Positions 38,554 to 51,445 are shown, numbered from the whole stretch's first letter. The stretch is DNA of 63,943 nt, filler included, from Basidioascus undulatus (GCA_000826855.1; 15 parts of 15 records of this genome joined end to end with filler, not necessarily neighbours in it), one strand, 5' to 3'. Numbers and translations: made by a program. The notes: generated by a model not told the origin, from the sequence alone.

Positions 38554-39645
38554 TCAATCATCCATATCCGGATTCAGGTCCAGGAAGTCAAAGTCGAACG
38601 CCTCCTCGACCTCGGGCTCGGGCCGGCGTGCCCGCGGGCGCTCGAACCCTGCTGCGACGCCTGCGTCCGGGGCGGTGCGATCGTCTACGTGCGCAAGCGG
38701 AGAGTCAGAACGTCCAAGGAACGGGATGAAGAGGAAACAGGAAAGGGGAGAAGGGCAGAAAGGGAGAGGAAAAGCTTACCGCCCACAACCTCCGTCTCGC
38801 CCAGCTCAAGCGACATCCCTTCCCCTTGCGCGTTGAGCAGCCCGCGGCGGAGATGTTGCTCGGTTGGGAAGGGGGGAATGATGGGGTGGGGGATCTGCGG
38901 GGATGAGGGTGAACAGTGGGTTAGCTGGGAGGGTGAGAGGACGAGAGTGCGGAAAGGGCGAAAGAAGGCAGGTGGAAGAAGGAAGAAAGAATAAAGAAGA
39001 AAGAGGGAAGGAAGTAAGGAACAAAAGGAACCAAAAAAGACAGAACTTGTAAAAGGCAAAGGGGAAGAAGACGCACGGGGGCATTCGGGTTGGCCAGGTC
39101 GAAGGAGAGCGGGGCGGAGGTGTATTTTGATAGGGCAGACGCGTAGGATAGGAGGGTGGTGTGATCGATTCCGGCTATCCAACCACTCAGTCAGTCCGAC
39201 GCCAGTCCGTACGCACAAGAAGATAGAAAGACAAGAAATACGTACCTTTCTCGGCGCTCTCCATCCTCTTCACCTCCTCCCTCCCCCTCCCCAGCAGCCC
39301 CTCCAACTCCCTCCTTCCCTTCTCCAGTCCCTCTAGCCTCTCCAACCGGCCACGCTCCACTTCCAACGCGCCATGTGTCAGGTCCTCGATGCGTCGCTGG
39401 CGCGCCTGGTGTTGGCGTGCGTGCTCGGCGAGCGCGGCGAGGTGGGCGTCGGTGGAGGAGAGCTGGGGGAGCAGGTGCGGCGGGAGGGAAGTTGTAGTTG
39501 TTGAGGATGAGGGTGTGGAGGAGAGGTGTGTGAAGAGCTGCGAGGTGAGGGAGGAGTAGGTGGATAGGGCAGATTGCAGCTGGGTGCGGAGGGGCACGGT
39601 GGGCGAGGGGAAGGGGGAGGATGGGAGGGTGATGGGCGCGGACAT
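38554..39645 (-). CDS. MED4: Mediator subunit Med4
   Basis: Coiled coil HARQHQARQRRIEDL, LLSYASALSKYTSAP, PPFPTEQHLRRGLL, C-terminal FDFLDLNPDMDD*. Confidence 0.82.
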
Positions 39646-39957
39646 GGTAGATTGCAGGCTCAAATCCCGGATATGAAACTCGATCGAAATGTCAGTAGAA
39701 ACGAGTTAGAGAGCGGGAATGGGCAGGTAGATGGCCTCCGCAAGGCAGCGATCGATGGTCGTGGTCGGAGGCCAACCCTCCACAGGTCTTCAGCCCCGGC
39801 GCGGCATCTCTCCGCCCGACCACCATCATCCCCGCTGCCCCTCGCTGCCCCTCGCTGCCTCCCCACTGCTCATCCTCCTTGCTTACTTACTTTCAAACGC
39901 ACTTTCGGCACTTCAATGTCTCACTGATCCTCTGTATCGCGCTCCAATCACCGCGCG

Positions 39958-40908
39958 ATGCCCTACCGGCTCGTTCTCAGCTTGTGCCACCCGCCGACCT
40001 CCTCCGCCCCGCGCACTGAGCTCGAAGCCTCCGTCCTCGCGCGCATTCAGTCTGGCGCTGCTGTTCGCTACCCCAAATCCATCTGGGAAGACCTCTCGTC
40101 TGTTCAGCCCTACGCTCTCCCCACATCCACCACATCCCCCACGTCCCAGCCGTCCCAGCGCACCCGCGGCCGCTCAACCTCAAACTCGACCCTCCGCGCT
40201 TCCGCACCGGCCTTCCACCCCACCGCTCCCCAGCCACCTCACGCTCACACCCTCTCAGCAGACTACCGCTTCGGCCGCATCAGCCTCTCGCACATCGACG
40301 TGGATCCTCCCTCCCACCGTCCAGACCCCATGGCCGACCTCCGGCACACCGTGTCTAGCGCGATCCTGCGCTCTCCACCCACCCCTCCTCCTCAGCCTAA
40401 ACCGCGTCCTCCGCCCTCATCCTCAAATGCCTCCCCCACCATCGCGCGGTTCTTCCCTACCGCGCGAGAGGGCGAGACGGACCTCGGCGTCGGGGTCGTC
40501 CACCTCTTCCGGGACGTGCGCGTGGCGGAGGCGGAGGATGAGGGTCCGGGCAGCGCGGCGATGAAGGAGCTCGAGCGGGTGGGACCACCGTCTTTGAACG
40601 GGTATGACGCGGACGATGCCGAGGACGATGGCACGGTCATGGCTGTGCTTGCCGTCCCGGCGCACATGAGCCCGGCGGACTTTCTCGAGTTCGTTCGGCC
40701 AGCCGTGGAGGCTATCTCGCATTTGCGTATGATTCGGTGCGTGGTGAGCGAGCGAGCGCCTCTGTTATGAATGAAGTACTGAATCTCGAGGCGGGGGAGC
40801 AGGGACTCGCAGCCAAACCGTTCGATCGTGCTCACAAAGTTCCGCGATGCTCGGGACGCGGCCGAGTTCAAGAACATGTTCAATAGCGAGCCGTTCTCTT
40901 CGCTCGAG
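39958..40908 (+). CDS. ETP1: BRAP2/Etp1 RING and UBP-ZnF protein, 5' part
   Basis: GVVHLFRD, TVMAVLAVPAHMSPADFLEFV...SHLRMIR|DSQPNRSIVLTKFR...FNSEPFSSLE (BRAP2 domain). Confidence 0.88.
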
Positions 40909-41114
40909 GTTCGTCGTGCCCCCCCCCCCCCCCCCCCNNNNNNNNNNNNNNNNNNNNNNNNNNNNNNNNNNNNNNNNNNNNTTAATTAATTAANNNNNNN
41001 NNNNNNNNNNNNNNNNNNNNNNNNNNNNNNNNNNNNNGAGGGAGAGGGAGAAGAGGGCGTAGAGGGGATGGGGAGGGGGGAGAAGACCGGGATGAGAGGA
41101 GGAGGAGGGCGTAC

Positions 41115-42625
41115 GGCGATTGTGGATGGCTTGACGACCACTTCATGGTAGCCGGCCATGATCTTTCCGCCCGTCAGGTGCCTGTTCGCTCGTTCACATC
41201 GTCAGCATTCATCATCAAATCAAAGCGCAAAAGCAAGAAGCAGAAAACGAGAAGAAGGGGAAAAAGGAAGGAAGAAGGAGGAAAGATGAGAAAGGAAGAA
41301 GGAAGGCGGAAGGAAAATGGGAAGAAGACGCACTCCAGCTGCTTCCCAGCCTGCACCAACAAACACCCATCCGGGATCCGCACGTCCAGCTTCTTCCCCG
41401 CGTTGCGTGCCCAGATGTGAAGCCCGGGGAAGCGGGACTTGCCGTGGATGGTGCTAAGGGGTGCGGGTTGGTAAGGCTCGATTGGGAAGCAGATGGAGAA
41501 AGGGCGGGTGGAGCGCGGGGGGGAGAAGGGAGATTGAAGGGGAATGAGGGGGACGGAGGGGCAGAGAGGGATAGGCGAAAGGAGCAAGGACGGACAGGAA
41601 GTTGAGGTCGGTCTGCGAGGGGTTTGGATGGTCGGAAGAAGGAGGTAGGGAAGGAAAGAGACAAGAATGAATACGCACGTGGAACCCAGCCAGGATCGTC
41701 CCCTCCTTCCCATACTTGACTAGGTCGCTCGCGGTGGGTGCGAGGAGGTGGTTGCTGTTTGCCCGCCCTCCACCTCTCAGCTTCCCTTCAAAGGAAACAA
41801 GAAAGAGAAAACAGCGCACTTACCCATACTGCCCCTCCCTCACCCACGCCTCCCGTTCCAGTCCCAGCCCCACAGCAGCCATCATCGCGACGCCCTCCAC
41901 GGCGTCCTTCATCTGCCTCCCCCACTTCTCCATGCGCGCCTCCCAGATGCCCGCGAGCGCCGGGGACGAGGGCGTCACGTTGGGCATGCTGAGCGAGGGG
42001 AAGGCGGACGCGTAGGGGGGCGGGGTGGTGAGGCGGTGGAAGAATCTGTGGCGGGAGGGTTAGGGGAATGCAGAAAGAGAAGAGGGAGGAGGGGGGCGGG
42101 GTGATGGCGAGATGGGGGGAGAACGCACCGGCATTTGGGGTCCGCACCGGTTATGTCTTGCGGACGCTCGGAAGGCTGGAGGGCCGCGACGATGGCGGTG
42201 CAGTCGACGTCCTGGTCCCCCGCCGGATCAGTATCTGATTGCCCTAGAATCAGAGAATGACAAAAAGGACATACCGCCTTGCACTTCGGCCTCTCAGCGC
42301 CCTCCAGCGTCGCGCCTACCTGGTACCCAAACTCCGGGCGCTCGTCCTTCCTCAACACCTGTCCGCCCCCTCATCCCACACTCAGCATCCCATTCTCCCC
42401 CTCTGCTTTCCCCTCACGCACCTCCTCAGGCTGCGCGAAGTAATCCTCAACCATATCCAAGAACGCCTTATTATCGTCCTCGCTCACGCGCGCATCGCGC
42501 ACGAGCAGCGCGCCGAACGTCTCGAGCGCGTCGGCTGCTTTGCGTGCTTCGGCGAGCGCCTGGGGGGAGGAGGGGGAGGAAAGGAAGACGTCGAGGGAGA
42601 TGATGGGGAGCTGGATTGAGGACAT
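41115..42625 (-). CDS. 2-oxoglutarate/Fe(II) dioxygenase (IPNS-like), 3' end missing
   Basis: LPIISLDVF, DERPEFGYQVGAT, HLLAPTASDL, AGFH|TDLNFL|TIHGKSRFPGL, LLVQAGKQLE, AGYHEVVV (HxD...H triad). Confidence 0.88.
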
Positions 42626-42958
42626 GGTGTGGGGAGGGGGGGAGGGAGGAGAGGGTAGAGGGGAAGAGAGAAGATGGCCCAGGAGGGGGCATGCGTTGGG
42701 AGGAAGGAAGTTCGCGGGCCGGCTCGGGGTTTGCGGAGGCCGAGGGCCCGAGATGCTGTTGCACTTTGATTGTGCGACAGAGGAGATGTTGGAACAAATT
42801 TATCTAGGGAAAATGCTTGCTTTCGGGTTGTCAAGGGAGTACGGTGGGGTAAATTGGAGATTCAAGGGGGTCGCAGACTCTCTGTCCCAGTGTACTTATT
42901 ATGTTCTTTTTACCAAATCGCTTTGTAGGCATTGGTTGCAAATCCCTTTGCAGACAAC

Positions 42959-43042
42959 GGGCATATGGTGTAGTGGCTTATCACGCCTTCTTAGCATTTA
43001 GCCGCGTGGAGGAGGTCTCCGGTTCAATTCCGGATATGTCCA
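42959..43042 (+). tRNA. tRNA-Ala(AGC) with a 10-nt intron (42997-43006)
   Basis: GGGCATA-TGGTGTAGTGGCTTATCAC-G-CCTTC-TTAGCA[tttagccgcg]T-GGAGG-AGGTC-TCCGGTTCAATTCCGGA-TATGTCC-A, then TTTTT. Confidence 0.96.
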
Positions 43043-43396
43043 TCGTTTTTCTCATTTTGTCCCCTCCCCATGCCACCCACGTTCTCGTTAACCATCACCC
43101 AAGTTTTTGCTCGCCCGTCCTGTGTTGAAAGTACCGCAATTATCCTTCGTGGGCCGATAAGAGCAGCCCATCAAGACGCGGCTATTTCGCTCACTGTCAC
43201 AACGGCCCGCCCACGCGGCTCGCGGTTGCCGTTTGCCGTGCCCTGCTTTGCACGAGGTTGACCACATCCTGTGCAACGCCCTTATCAGCACGTCCCTTAC
43301 TGTGTTCTCTCTTGCGTGAGCAATCACAAACTCTCCAGTTGTCTCTGTTCTAAGCGACGAGCAAGCGACGCGAACCGTGAAATTGGTGCAGCCACG

Positions 43397-43780
43397 ATGC
43401 CAGTCTGCTCGGCGGTGGCTTGGGTGCGTGCTGTCTTCCCAGTCTTCCCATATCCCCTTGCTCTGATCTCCCTCCTCGGTGCTCCCAGTCCCCAACGGAC
43501 CCCTGCCAGTCCCTCCTGTACTACACTGCCCTCCCTCTCCTGCTTCTCACCGCGCTCCTCCTCCTCTCGCACCTCCCATGGCTCCCCAGCCCCCCCGCAA
43601 TCCTACGCGAGTTCCTCCCCATCGAGGACGTCCACCCCGCGGACCTCCCTCCATCCCCAGAGCTCGAGCAGGGGGAGAAGGAGCATGAGGAGAAGCGGAG
43701 GAAGTATCCGGCGGCGTGGAGGACCGCCGCGCTGATTGCGCTCGGCGCGGCGGAGATCTTGGGGTGGACGGCGGCAGGGG
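43397..43780 (+). CDS. Membrane protein 5' end, possibly an ABCC/MRP-type transporter N-terminus
   Basis: MPVCSAVAW|SPTDPCQSLLYYTALPLLLL...LREFLPIED...WRTAALIALGAAEILGW; no nucleotide-binding domain visible. Confidence 0.45.
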
Positions 43781-43923
43781 TTCATTCACGTGAAGCAAAG
43801 TACCGGTCAAATAAATGTGGGGCNNNNNNNNNNNNNNNNNNNNNNNNNNNNNNNNNNNNNNNNNNNNTTAATTAATTAANNNNNNNNNNNNNNNNNNNNN
43901 NNNNNNNNNNNNNNNNNNNNNNN

Positions 43924-46707
43924 GCTCGGACGCGGCGCGGGCGAGAGAGTCGGCGACGGCCTCGTCGAGCAGTTCGGCTGTCAGGCGCGCGACGACGCCG
44001 TCGTACTTCGGTGGGAGCGGGCGAGGGGCGGCTTTGGAGGGGGTCGATAAGGAAGGTTTGCGGAGGACGACAGGCGAGGTGGCCATTGATGAGGAGGGAC
44101 GCCCGGTGGATACTCGGCGTACGGTGGAAAGGGTGGGCGAGGCGGGAATGTGGCGTGGTACGGGCGATGGAGGCGCAGAAGGTCGGGTGTCGATTTTCGC
44201 AGGTGGCAGAGCCGGAGCCGGAGCGGGCGTCGACGGCTTCCGGGGCGTGGGTGCTTGTTGTGCGGGGGGAGGGAAAGCCGGCGTAGGAGGAAGGGATGGA
44301 GGTGTGGGAGTACGACGGGGAGTGGGGAAAGCGGTGGTGGGTGGTGGTGCGGCAAGTGCTGCCGCAGGGGGCGCCGGCTTGGGCTGGAAGTGGGTCGCAG
44401 GCGGACCGAACGCGCTCATAGGCGGCCTGAACGCCGCGCCTGGGGTAAACGTCACCGGGCTGGGCGCAAACGCCTGGCCGGGGGTGAACGCCGGTGCAGT
44501 CGGGCGAAGCAGGGATACAGCCGCTGCAGAGGCGGTTTGCTGTGCGGCCGCGGAAGCCGGTGGTGGTGTGGGCGGGCCGGACGTCCTCGGGGAAGCGGGA
44601 AGGGAGGGGAAAGGGGAGAAGGCGGAAGGCGTGACGACCACTGGCGGGGGAGGTTGCTGCGCGGGTGGTTCTCCCCCTGCTGCGGCGGCGGAGGTGAAGG
44701 TCGTCGATGCTGGTGAGGGGGTAAGAAGCTGCGCGGGCGCCTGCGTCCCGCTCCCTGGCGCCGAGGCGCGCCCGGCAAGGATGTCCTGTACCGAGAGCGA
44801 GCCGCGCTTGGAGTCGACGAGCCGGCGCGACCTGCGATGGCTCATGTTCGGGCCGGCGTCTGTGCAGCCGGACTTCAGCACTCTATCGCAGCGTCGCGCG
44901 TCGGAAGAACACACGCACCGGTGAACTCCGCCTTCATGTGGATCTTGACCGCCGTAGGGAGGCGGTTCGTCTGCGTCATCATCCCGAGCGCCGGGTCGGG
45001 CGCCGTGAGCTTCTCGTGCTCGACCTCGAAGCCCGCGTGCTTAGCGACGCGCTCGACCTCGTACACATCATCGCACCCGAGTATAACAGCGAGTTCGCCG
45101 GCGGGGAACGGCTTGTGCTGCTCGAGGTAGGCCCTGCGCATGGCTTTCAGCGCGCCCCGGCGGACGTCGGGGAAGTGCGCCTCGAGGAGGCACGCCATGA
45201 GGAAGGGTGTCTGCCTATCCGCGACGTGTGCAAAGAAGCGCGAGAAGAAGTTGGCGCTCGCGAGCGTGTTGTGCGGGCGCTTATGCCCGCTCGGCGCCTC
45301 GTTCGAGCGCCGTGCGAGCGCGTGGAACGAGAGCGCCAGCTGCACGGGCGGCGAGAGGAAGACGGAGGGCGGGAGCTGCTCGGCCGAGTAGACTGCGTCC
45401 AGGTCGCGAAGGTGCACGAGGAGGTGATACGCCCGGAACTCGGGCTCGTTCGGGCACGAGATTCCCTCGGATCGGAGGTCGATGTAGTACTCGTTCAGGG
45501 TCTGGAGGACTGCGGGCGGGGGTTAACAACTCGAACTTTATGGCGAAAAATATGACACCCACCCTTCGCGAGCTGCTCAAGCTCCTGCTGCTCGCTGAAC
45601 CCGGGCGCCTCGCACAGCTCGTGCAGGCAGAGGATGTGGTACCGCGCGATGCGCTCGTGGCAGTCGACCGCGAGCGGGCCGCGCTCGTGCTGGATGCGGA
45701 AGTCTTGGCGAATCGAGCGCGTGCGATCACGGATGAATGGGTGTGAGTCGGTCATGCCCGGGTCTTCGGAAAGGATGGTGGAGAAAAGGTAGTCGAGCGT
45801 TTTCTGCGGCGGGCGCTGTCAGCCATAAGCGCTGGAGGGAAAGACTGAGGAGGGTGGAGGAGCGCACTTTGAGGACGTGCGGTGGTCGGACATCGGATGG
45901 AAGCGCTTCTTGGTCGCCCGCTGCCGGGCGGTGGAACATCTTGACTGCGCGAGCAGGGTCGACCTTGTTCGTCCCCGGGAACTGTCCAAAGCCATTCCAT
46001 CAACTTCTCGCGCTTTTCAAACCAACACAAAAGAGGAACATGACATACGAGCTCGTACTTGTCGAGATTGTTTTGGTACTCGCGCTCCTCGCGCTCAAAC
46101 TCGGGACACATGGCCTCGCACGTCCCGCGGAGCGTGATGGCCTTGTCGAGTCCGCTCGGGCGGTTCGGGTCCGCGATGAGCCCTGCCTTGATCGCCTCGA
46201 GGCGCTCCATCTCGCGAACGGGCTTGAGCTGCGAAGGTGGGGTTGGACGGCATGAGAGACCGCACGGCGCGGCGCGCTAGCAGAGGAGGAAGGGGACACA
46301 CGGCGAGGTAGCGGTTCTGGGATGGGGCGGCGGAGAACCGCTGCTTGCGGTCTGCGGCCGTAACGGGTGCCGCTCCGATTCTCCCTTCAAGGAACCCATT
46401 CTGCGTCTCCTCCTCTTCACCACCTCCCATCGCGTCCATCCCCTCTCCCTCCCCTCCCGTGCCCTCGTCCTCCTCTTCCTCCTCTTCTCCCACCAACTCC
46501 TCATCCTCATCATCGAGCACCACGACCTGCGGCTGCTCGCGCCCGAACGCGGACGCGGCCGCGAACGCGGACATGGGGGCGCGCGGCGCCGTGGGAGTGG
46601 GCGTGGGCAATGCGAACGCAGACACCGGCTGGACGGCGGCGGGATTGTTGACGAGCTTGCGGTGCCGATGGTGCCCACCGCCTCGCCCACCGCGTGGCTT
46701 CACGAGC
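43924..46707 (-). CDS. SAC3: Sac3/GANP mRNA export factor (TREX-2), internal fragment
   Basis: GTCEAMCPEFERE, LPSDVRPPHVLKKTLDYL, FIRDRTRSIRQDF, CHERIARYHI, QELEQL, NEPEFRAY. Confidence 0.95.
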
Positions 46708-46862
46708 NNNNNNNNNNNNNNNNNNNNNNNNNNNNNNNNNNNNNNNNNNNNTTAATTAATTAANNNNNNNNNNNNNNNNNNNNNNNNNNNNNNNNNNNNN
46801 NNNNNNNTTTACACCACGTACACGGGTACACACCCACCTACACCCCCACCTACCCAACACAA

Positions 46863-46888
46863 ACACACACACACACACACACACACAC
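46863..46888. repeat. (AC)13 microsatellite
   Basis: Read directly from the sequence. Confidence 0.95.
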
Positions 46889-46969
46889 CGAAACACACTC
46901 TACCTCCACGTCTCTCGTTTCAAACACTCCCGCCCGCGTGCTCAGACGCTTCCTCGCCCTGTTCCTTCC

Positions 46970-49258
46970 TTGCTTCACCTCCCGCCGTCCCGCCTCGGTT
47001 CCTTACACACCCCAGCACGAGCTCACCTTTGTGCCTTCCCCCCTCCGCCCGCCCCGGTCCCTGATCACCGTGCCCGCACCCCGTCCCCGTCCGACACCCG
47101 GCCCCCTCCCGCTGTCCACCCCCACGCGTGCCCGTACGTGTGTGTCGTCTGTCGCCTGCGCTGTATCCAGCGAAGGCGCCTACGCACACGCCGCCGTTGC
47201 ACGCTGCCCCAGCTAGCCATCACGGACCGCGCCCACTTTGCCCCCACCCTGGGGGTAGACATCAATCCCGCGCTCCAGCCGCCGCCGCCGCCTCCCCACC
47301 AACATCAACGTCACCACTACTACCCTCCCCCGCCGCCCCAGCATCACCCCCAGCACCAGCCGCAGCACCAGCATTACGCGCAGTCCGGACCACATCACCA
47401 CCACTACCTCCCGCAGCCGCACCACGGCCACCACCCGTACGCGCCCCGCGCCCCGCCCGCGTACGAGCCCGCGCTCCCCACTCCGCCGGAGATGCGCCCG
47501 CCTGCATGGCCCCGGGCCGTCGTGCCGCACCTCCAGCTCTCCCACCCTCCGCGCCTCCCCTCCCATCTTCCACCCCCCCAACACGCTCATTCCGCACCCA
47601 CACAATCCTGTTCGACCTCTTCCTCCTCCCTGCCGTATCCGCCCGAAACCCCCCTCAGCGCATGGCAGCATGAGTCGCCGCCGTCCGCGTCCCCGTCGCG
47701 GAGCACCTTCTTCGGTGCCTCCCAGCGCTCCTTCCCGGCCCAGCCTGGTGCACCGTCCATGTCAGAGCTCGGCATCTCCGGGTGGGCGGGCGACTCTGCC
47801 GCCCCCTCCTCCGCCCCCGCCGCTGCTCCTCGAACCCCCCTGGCTCCCCCTCCTCCGCCCACCCCGCCGCAAGCACACCTCCTCTCCCTCCCTACCCCTC
47901 CGCTCCAACTGTCCTCTTACGAGGCCTCACCTCTCTACACGACCGCCCCCTCCCGCGGCTCCTACTCCGATCCGGGCGCGTCGACGGACCCGTCCCACTC
48001 CGATAGCGCGTACCTCTTCCCGCCCCTCTCGCCGCGCCGCCCCTCGTTCGCGTACCCCTCCTCCTCTTCCTCATACGGCTACTCGTCGGCTCAGTACGGG
48101 TACGCGCCCGCCCCGCCCTCGCCCTCGGCGGCGACAGGCCACCGCCCCGCGTTCGACACCGTCGACGCGTCCAAGGCGAGCGGGCACACGGCCGTGCTAG
48201 GCGGGCAGGCGTGGTACAGCTCGTGGACGCGGCCACTGGAGGAGCCCAAAAAGCCGCCAGAGAAGAAGCCGAAGGAGCCTCCTCCGCCGCCCGAAGGTGC
48301 GTCTCGAGTCCTCTGCCATTTGCCCTTTCGTGTACCTCTTCCTTCTCGCCGTTTCTGACTTTTCCGCGATTTCCCTGCAGAACCCGCCAATCCGCCGCAA
48401 TGGACGCTCAACCCGCCCAAGCCGCCCCCGACGGCGTGGCAGCTCTTCTTCGCCGAGGAGCTCGCGAAGGCGAAGGCTGCGGGCAAGGCGCCGAGCGGCA
48501 AGGCGATGAACGTCGGCGCTGTCGCGAAGATGGCTGCGGCCGTGTACGCGGAGATGAGCCAGGAGCAGATGGAGGTTCGTCCCTCACCCTTCTTTCCTTA
48601 TCCTCGCCCTCCCTCTGCCTTCTCGTACAGCCCACTGACAACGCTTTCGTTCCCTCTCGCCTGCAGCCGTATATCGCCGAAGCGAAGCGCCTGAAAGCGC
48701 AGCACCAGAAGGACCTGTCCGACTACCTCTCCTCCCTCCCGCCGGGGGTGCTCAAGGCGGAGAACCACCTGCGCGCGCAGGGGCGGAAAGCGGGCACGTC
48801 GCGCAAGGCGAACCTCAAGGACCCCGCCGCGCCCAAGCGCCCGCTCACGCCGTATTTTGTCTTCCTCAAGACGATCCGCACCGACAAGGCCATGCGCGAT
48901 GGGATCTGGGGCGAGGGCACGTGGGACGCGGAGAACATGACGGGCCAGAGCAAGATGGCGAGCCGGCGGTGGAAGGAGATGAGCGCGAACGAGAAGGAGG
49001 TGCGTTTCCGTTGCGGCTTCTCAATCACTGTGCTGTTCTTGTTCGACTGTGACGCTGACACCTGGCTCGCAGCCCTTCAACCAGGCCGCCGAAAAGAGCA
49101 AGCAGGACTACGAGAACGCCAAGCGCGAGTACGAGCGCCGCGCGGCTATCATGCGCGGCGAGGCGTGGCCGCCGCAAGGCAGCGGCACCGGGGCCTTCTT
49201 GGGCTCGAGCGGTGGCGCCGGCAGCAGCAGCAGCAGCAGAGCAAGACCGAGTCGCTAG
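46970..49258 (+). CDS. Two-HMG-box protein with a long His/Pro/Ser-rich N-terminus (start uncertain)
   Basis: PKPPPTAWQLFF...YAEMSQEQME|PYIAEA and LKDPAAPKRPLTPYFVFL...WKEMSANEKE|PFNQAAEKSKQDY. Confidence 0.85.
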
Positions 49259-49734
49259 GCCACGGCCGCCTCCCTTTCTCTCATCCCCCGCTTGTCCCAT
49301 TTCCCGTCTTGTCCTTGTTGCCCGCCTTCGCGCTCGCATCACAGACGCTTCCCCTCCCACCCCAGATTCCCCCTTCCTCTCCATCAGACGTTTCGTCCAC
49401 CTTCTTCGTTAATCTCGACGTGCGCGGTGCACCCTCATTCTCATCCCCCCGCGTCTCTCATCCCCATTCGCACCCTCCCATACCCATCTCATCTCGCAAC
49501 CGCACCTTCGCAGCCGCAACCGTTTAGAACCCCTTCTTCTCCACCCGCAACCCGCTTGTAATAATTCCTCCTCCCGCTCCTCCCTCCCCCNNNNNNNNNN
49601 NNNNNNNNNNNNNNNNNNNNNNNNNNNNNNNNNNTTAATTAATTAANNNNNNNNNNNNNNNNNNNNNNNNNNNNNNNNNNNNNNNNNNNNTCCGATCTAG
49701 GTGTAGAAGAGGGGAGAGGAGAGGACGGACCATG

Positions 49735-51218
49735 CCGCGTGACCATGTTAGCGATCTGGATGATGGGGTCGATGTTTGCCTCAGGGAAGACGCCCTTGCG
49801 CCCTGCGCACTCAATGTCGAACGAGAGGATGCGGAGGGGCGCCATCTTGGACCAGTCGCCCTCGGCGGGGTGGGTGATGAAGTCCGTGTACCTGTGAGGG
49901 ACCGAGTTCCAATCAGGGGTGGAGAAGAAAGAGGGAGGACAGGGAGGAAGGAAGGGGAGGGGGCAGGAAGGGGGACGTACGAGATGTCGAACTCGAGCTG
50001 CGCAGTCGAGATCTTCTTTCGCCCCTTCCCGTCCGCCACACGCAGTCTGTATTTCCCCGCGGGCGCTTCGACCCAGCTCATTCCGACCATCTGCGGTTAC
50101 CGCCCCACCATCCCGTTCACAATCAGCACGGCGCTGTCTCACGGACGGAGAGCGAGGACGACCCACCTTCGTGTCGATCATGAACCGCAGGTCATACGAG
50201 ATGTTGCTCTCGTACGTCTGCATGCCCGCATCAAAGAAGTCCCGGAACTGGACCTCGCCGCGCTCGAACGCGCGTGCTGTCCCACACACACCCACGTAAG
50301 TTCCTCGCCCTGACAAACCCGCTAGGAGGAAAGCGGGAGAGGAGAGGGGAAAAAACTCATCTCGGATGCGCGGCAGGTTCTTCTGGTTGTCGATGGTGAC
50401 CTTGATGAACGGGCTGTGCGCGTCGCCCTTGTACCCCCACAGGCTGCGCTTGTGCTCGATCGTAAGGCCGAGGACGACGGCGCGGCCGTTGCCGAATGCG
50501 GACTGGTCCGCCACCACCGCGTATCAATTACGTGCGATCGAATGAAGAGATGGAGGGAGAGGGAGGAGGGATGGGGGGGGCGCACGTTGAGGTACGACTG
50601 GAATGCCTGGCAGTCGGACGTGAGGAACCCGCGCGGCGCGCCGACGTAGATGTAGGGGCGGAATCCGGAAACGTGCGCGAGGACCGAGTTGCCCACCTAA
50701 GATTTGAAGTGTGTGAGCGTATGGTGAAGGAGAGAAGGGGTACCTGGAGACGCGGTGGACGGACCTCGGTGACACCTGTGAGGCGCACGGTGGGCACGTC
50801 CCCGTCGATAAAGTCCTCCACGTCGATCTGCTGGAAGACTGTGCACTCCCCCTAGCATGAGCATCCCACTTCAGCAAGAAGACAGCAACGCACCGATCGA
50901 GTCCCGCTCGACGTCCAGGTCCGGCACGGCCGGCCTCGCCCACCGCTGGGTATCCTCAATCGCGCCTTTACACGCGCACCACCCAGCCCTTATCAGTTCC
51001 CATCCCCCTTTAATCACACAACTTTCCTAGGCCCAAACGTACCCCCCGTCGAAGCGTCCTCGAGCTGCTCAAGCACGTCCGCGAAGCTCCCCTGGCCGTC
51101 GACGCGTCGCTTCTTGGTGGCGGGCTCGCTGTGCGTCGGGTGAGCTGCGATGAGGGATGCAAGATAATGAGGAGGGAAGAGCATACGTGACGGGTTGTTG
51201 AAGCTGTCTGATGCTCAT
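49735..51218 (-). CDS. POL3: DNA polymerase delta catalytic subunit, 5' part (start uncertain)
   Basis: VFQQIDVE, GNSVLAHVSGFRPYIYV, TYESNISYDLRFMID, APLRILSFDIECAGRKGVFPEANIDPIIQIAN. Confidence 0.96.
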
Positions 51219-51445
51219 TTCTATATGTGTGTGAGGATGCGAGGGGACGGTGGAAGATGCAAGGTAAGGGGACTCAGCAGGGCCGGGAAATGACTTTCGA
51301 GTTCGGACGCGACCGCGTCTCACAGCCGGACTCGGGCCGCGGTCCGTCCGTGCCTTGGACCGCCCACCTCTCACCCAGTGCCGTGCATCTGAAGGTCCTC
51401 CACCCCTTCTGCCAACAACCATCGACCTTGTTCCCTAGAAACAGC

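Noticed and set aside
40919..40937. Poly-C/G runs at contig ends (also about 5690-5701, 38037-38048, 55457-55468)
   Set aside because: Homopolymers where the assembly broke; no evidence of function.
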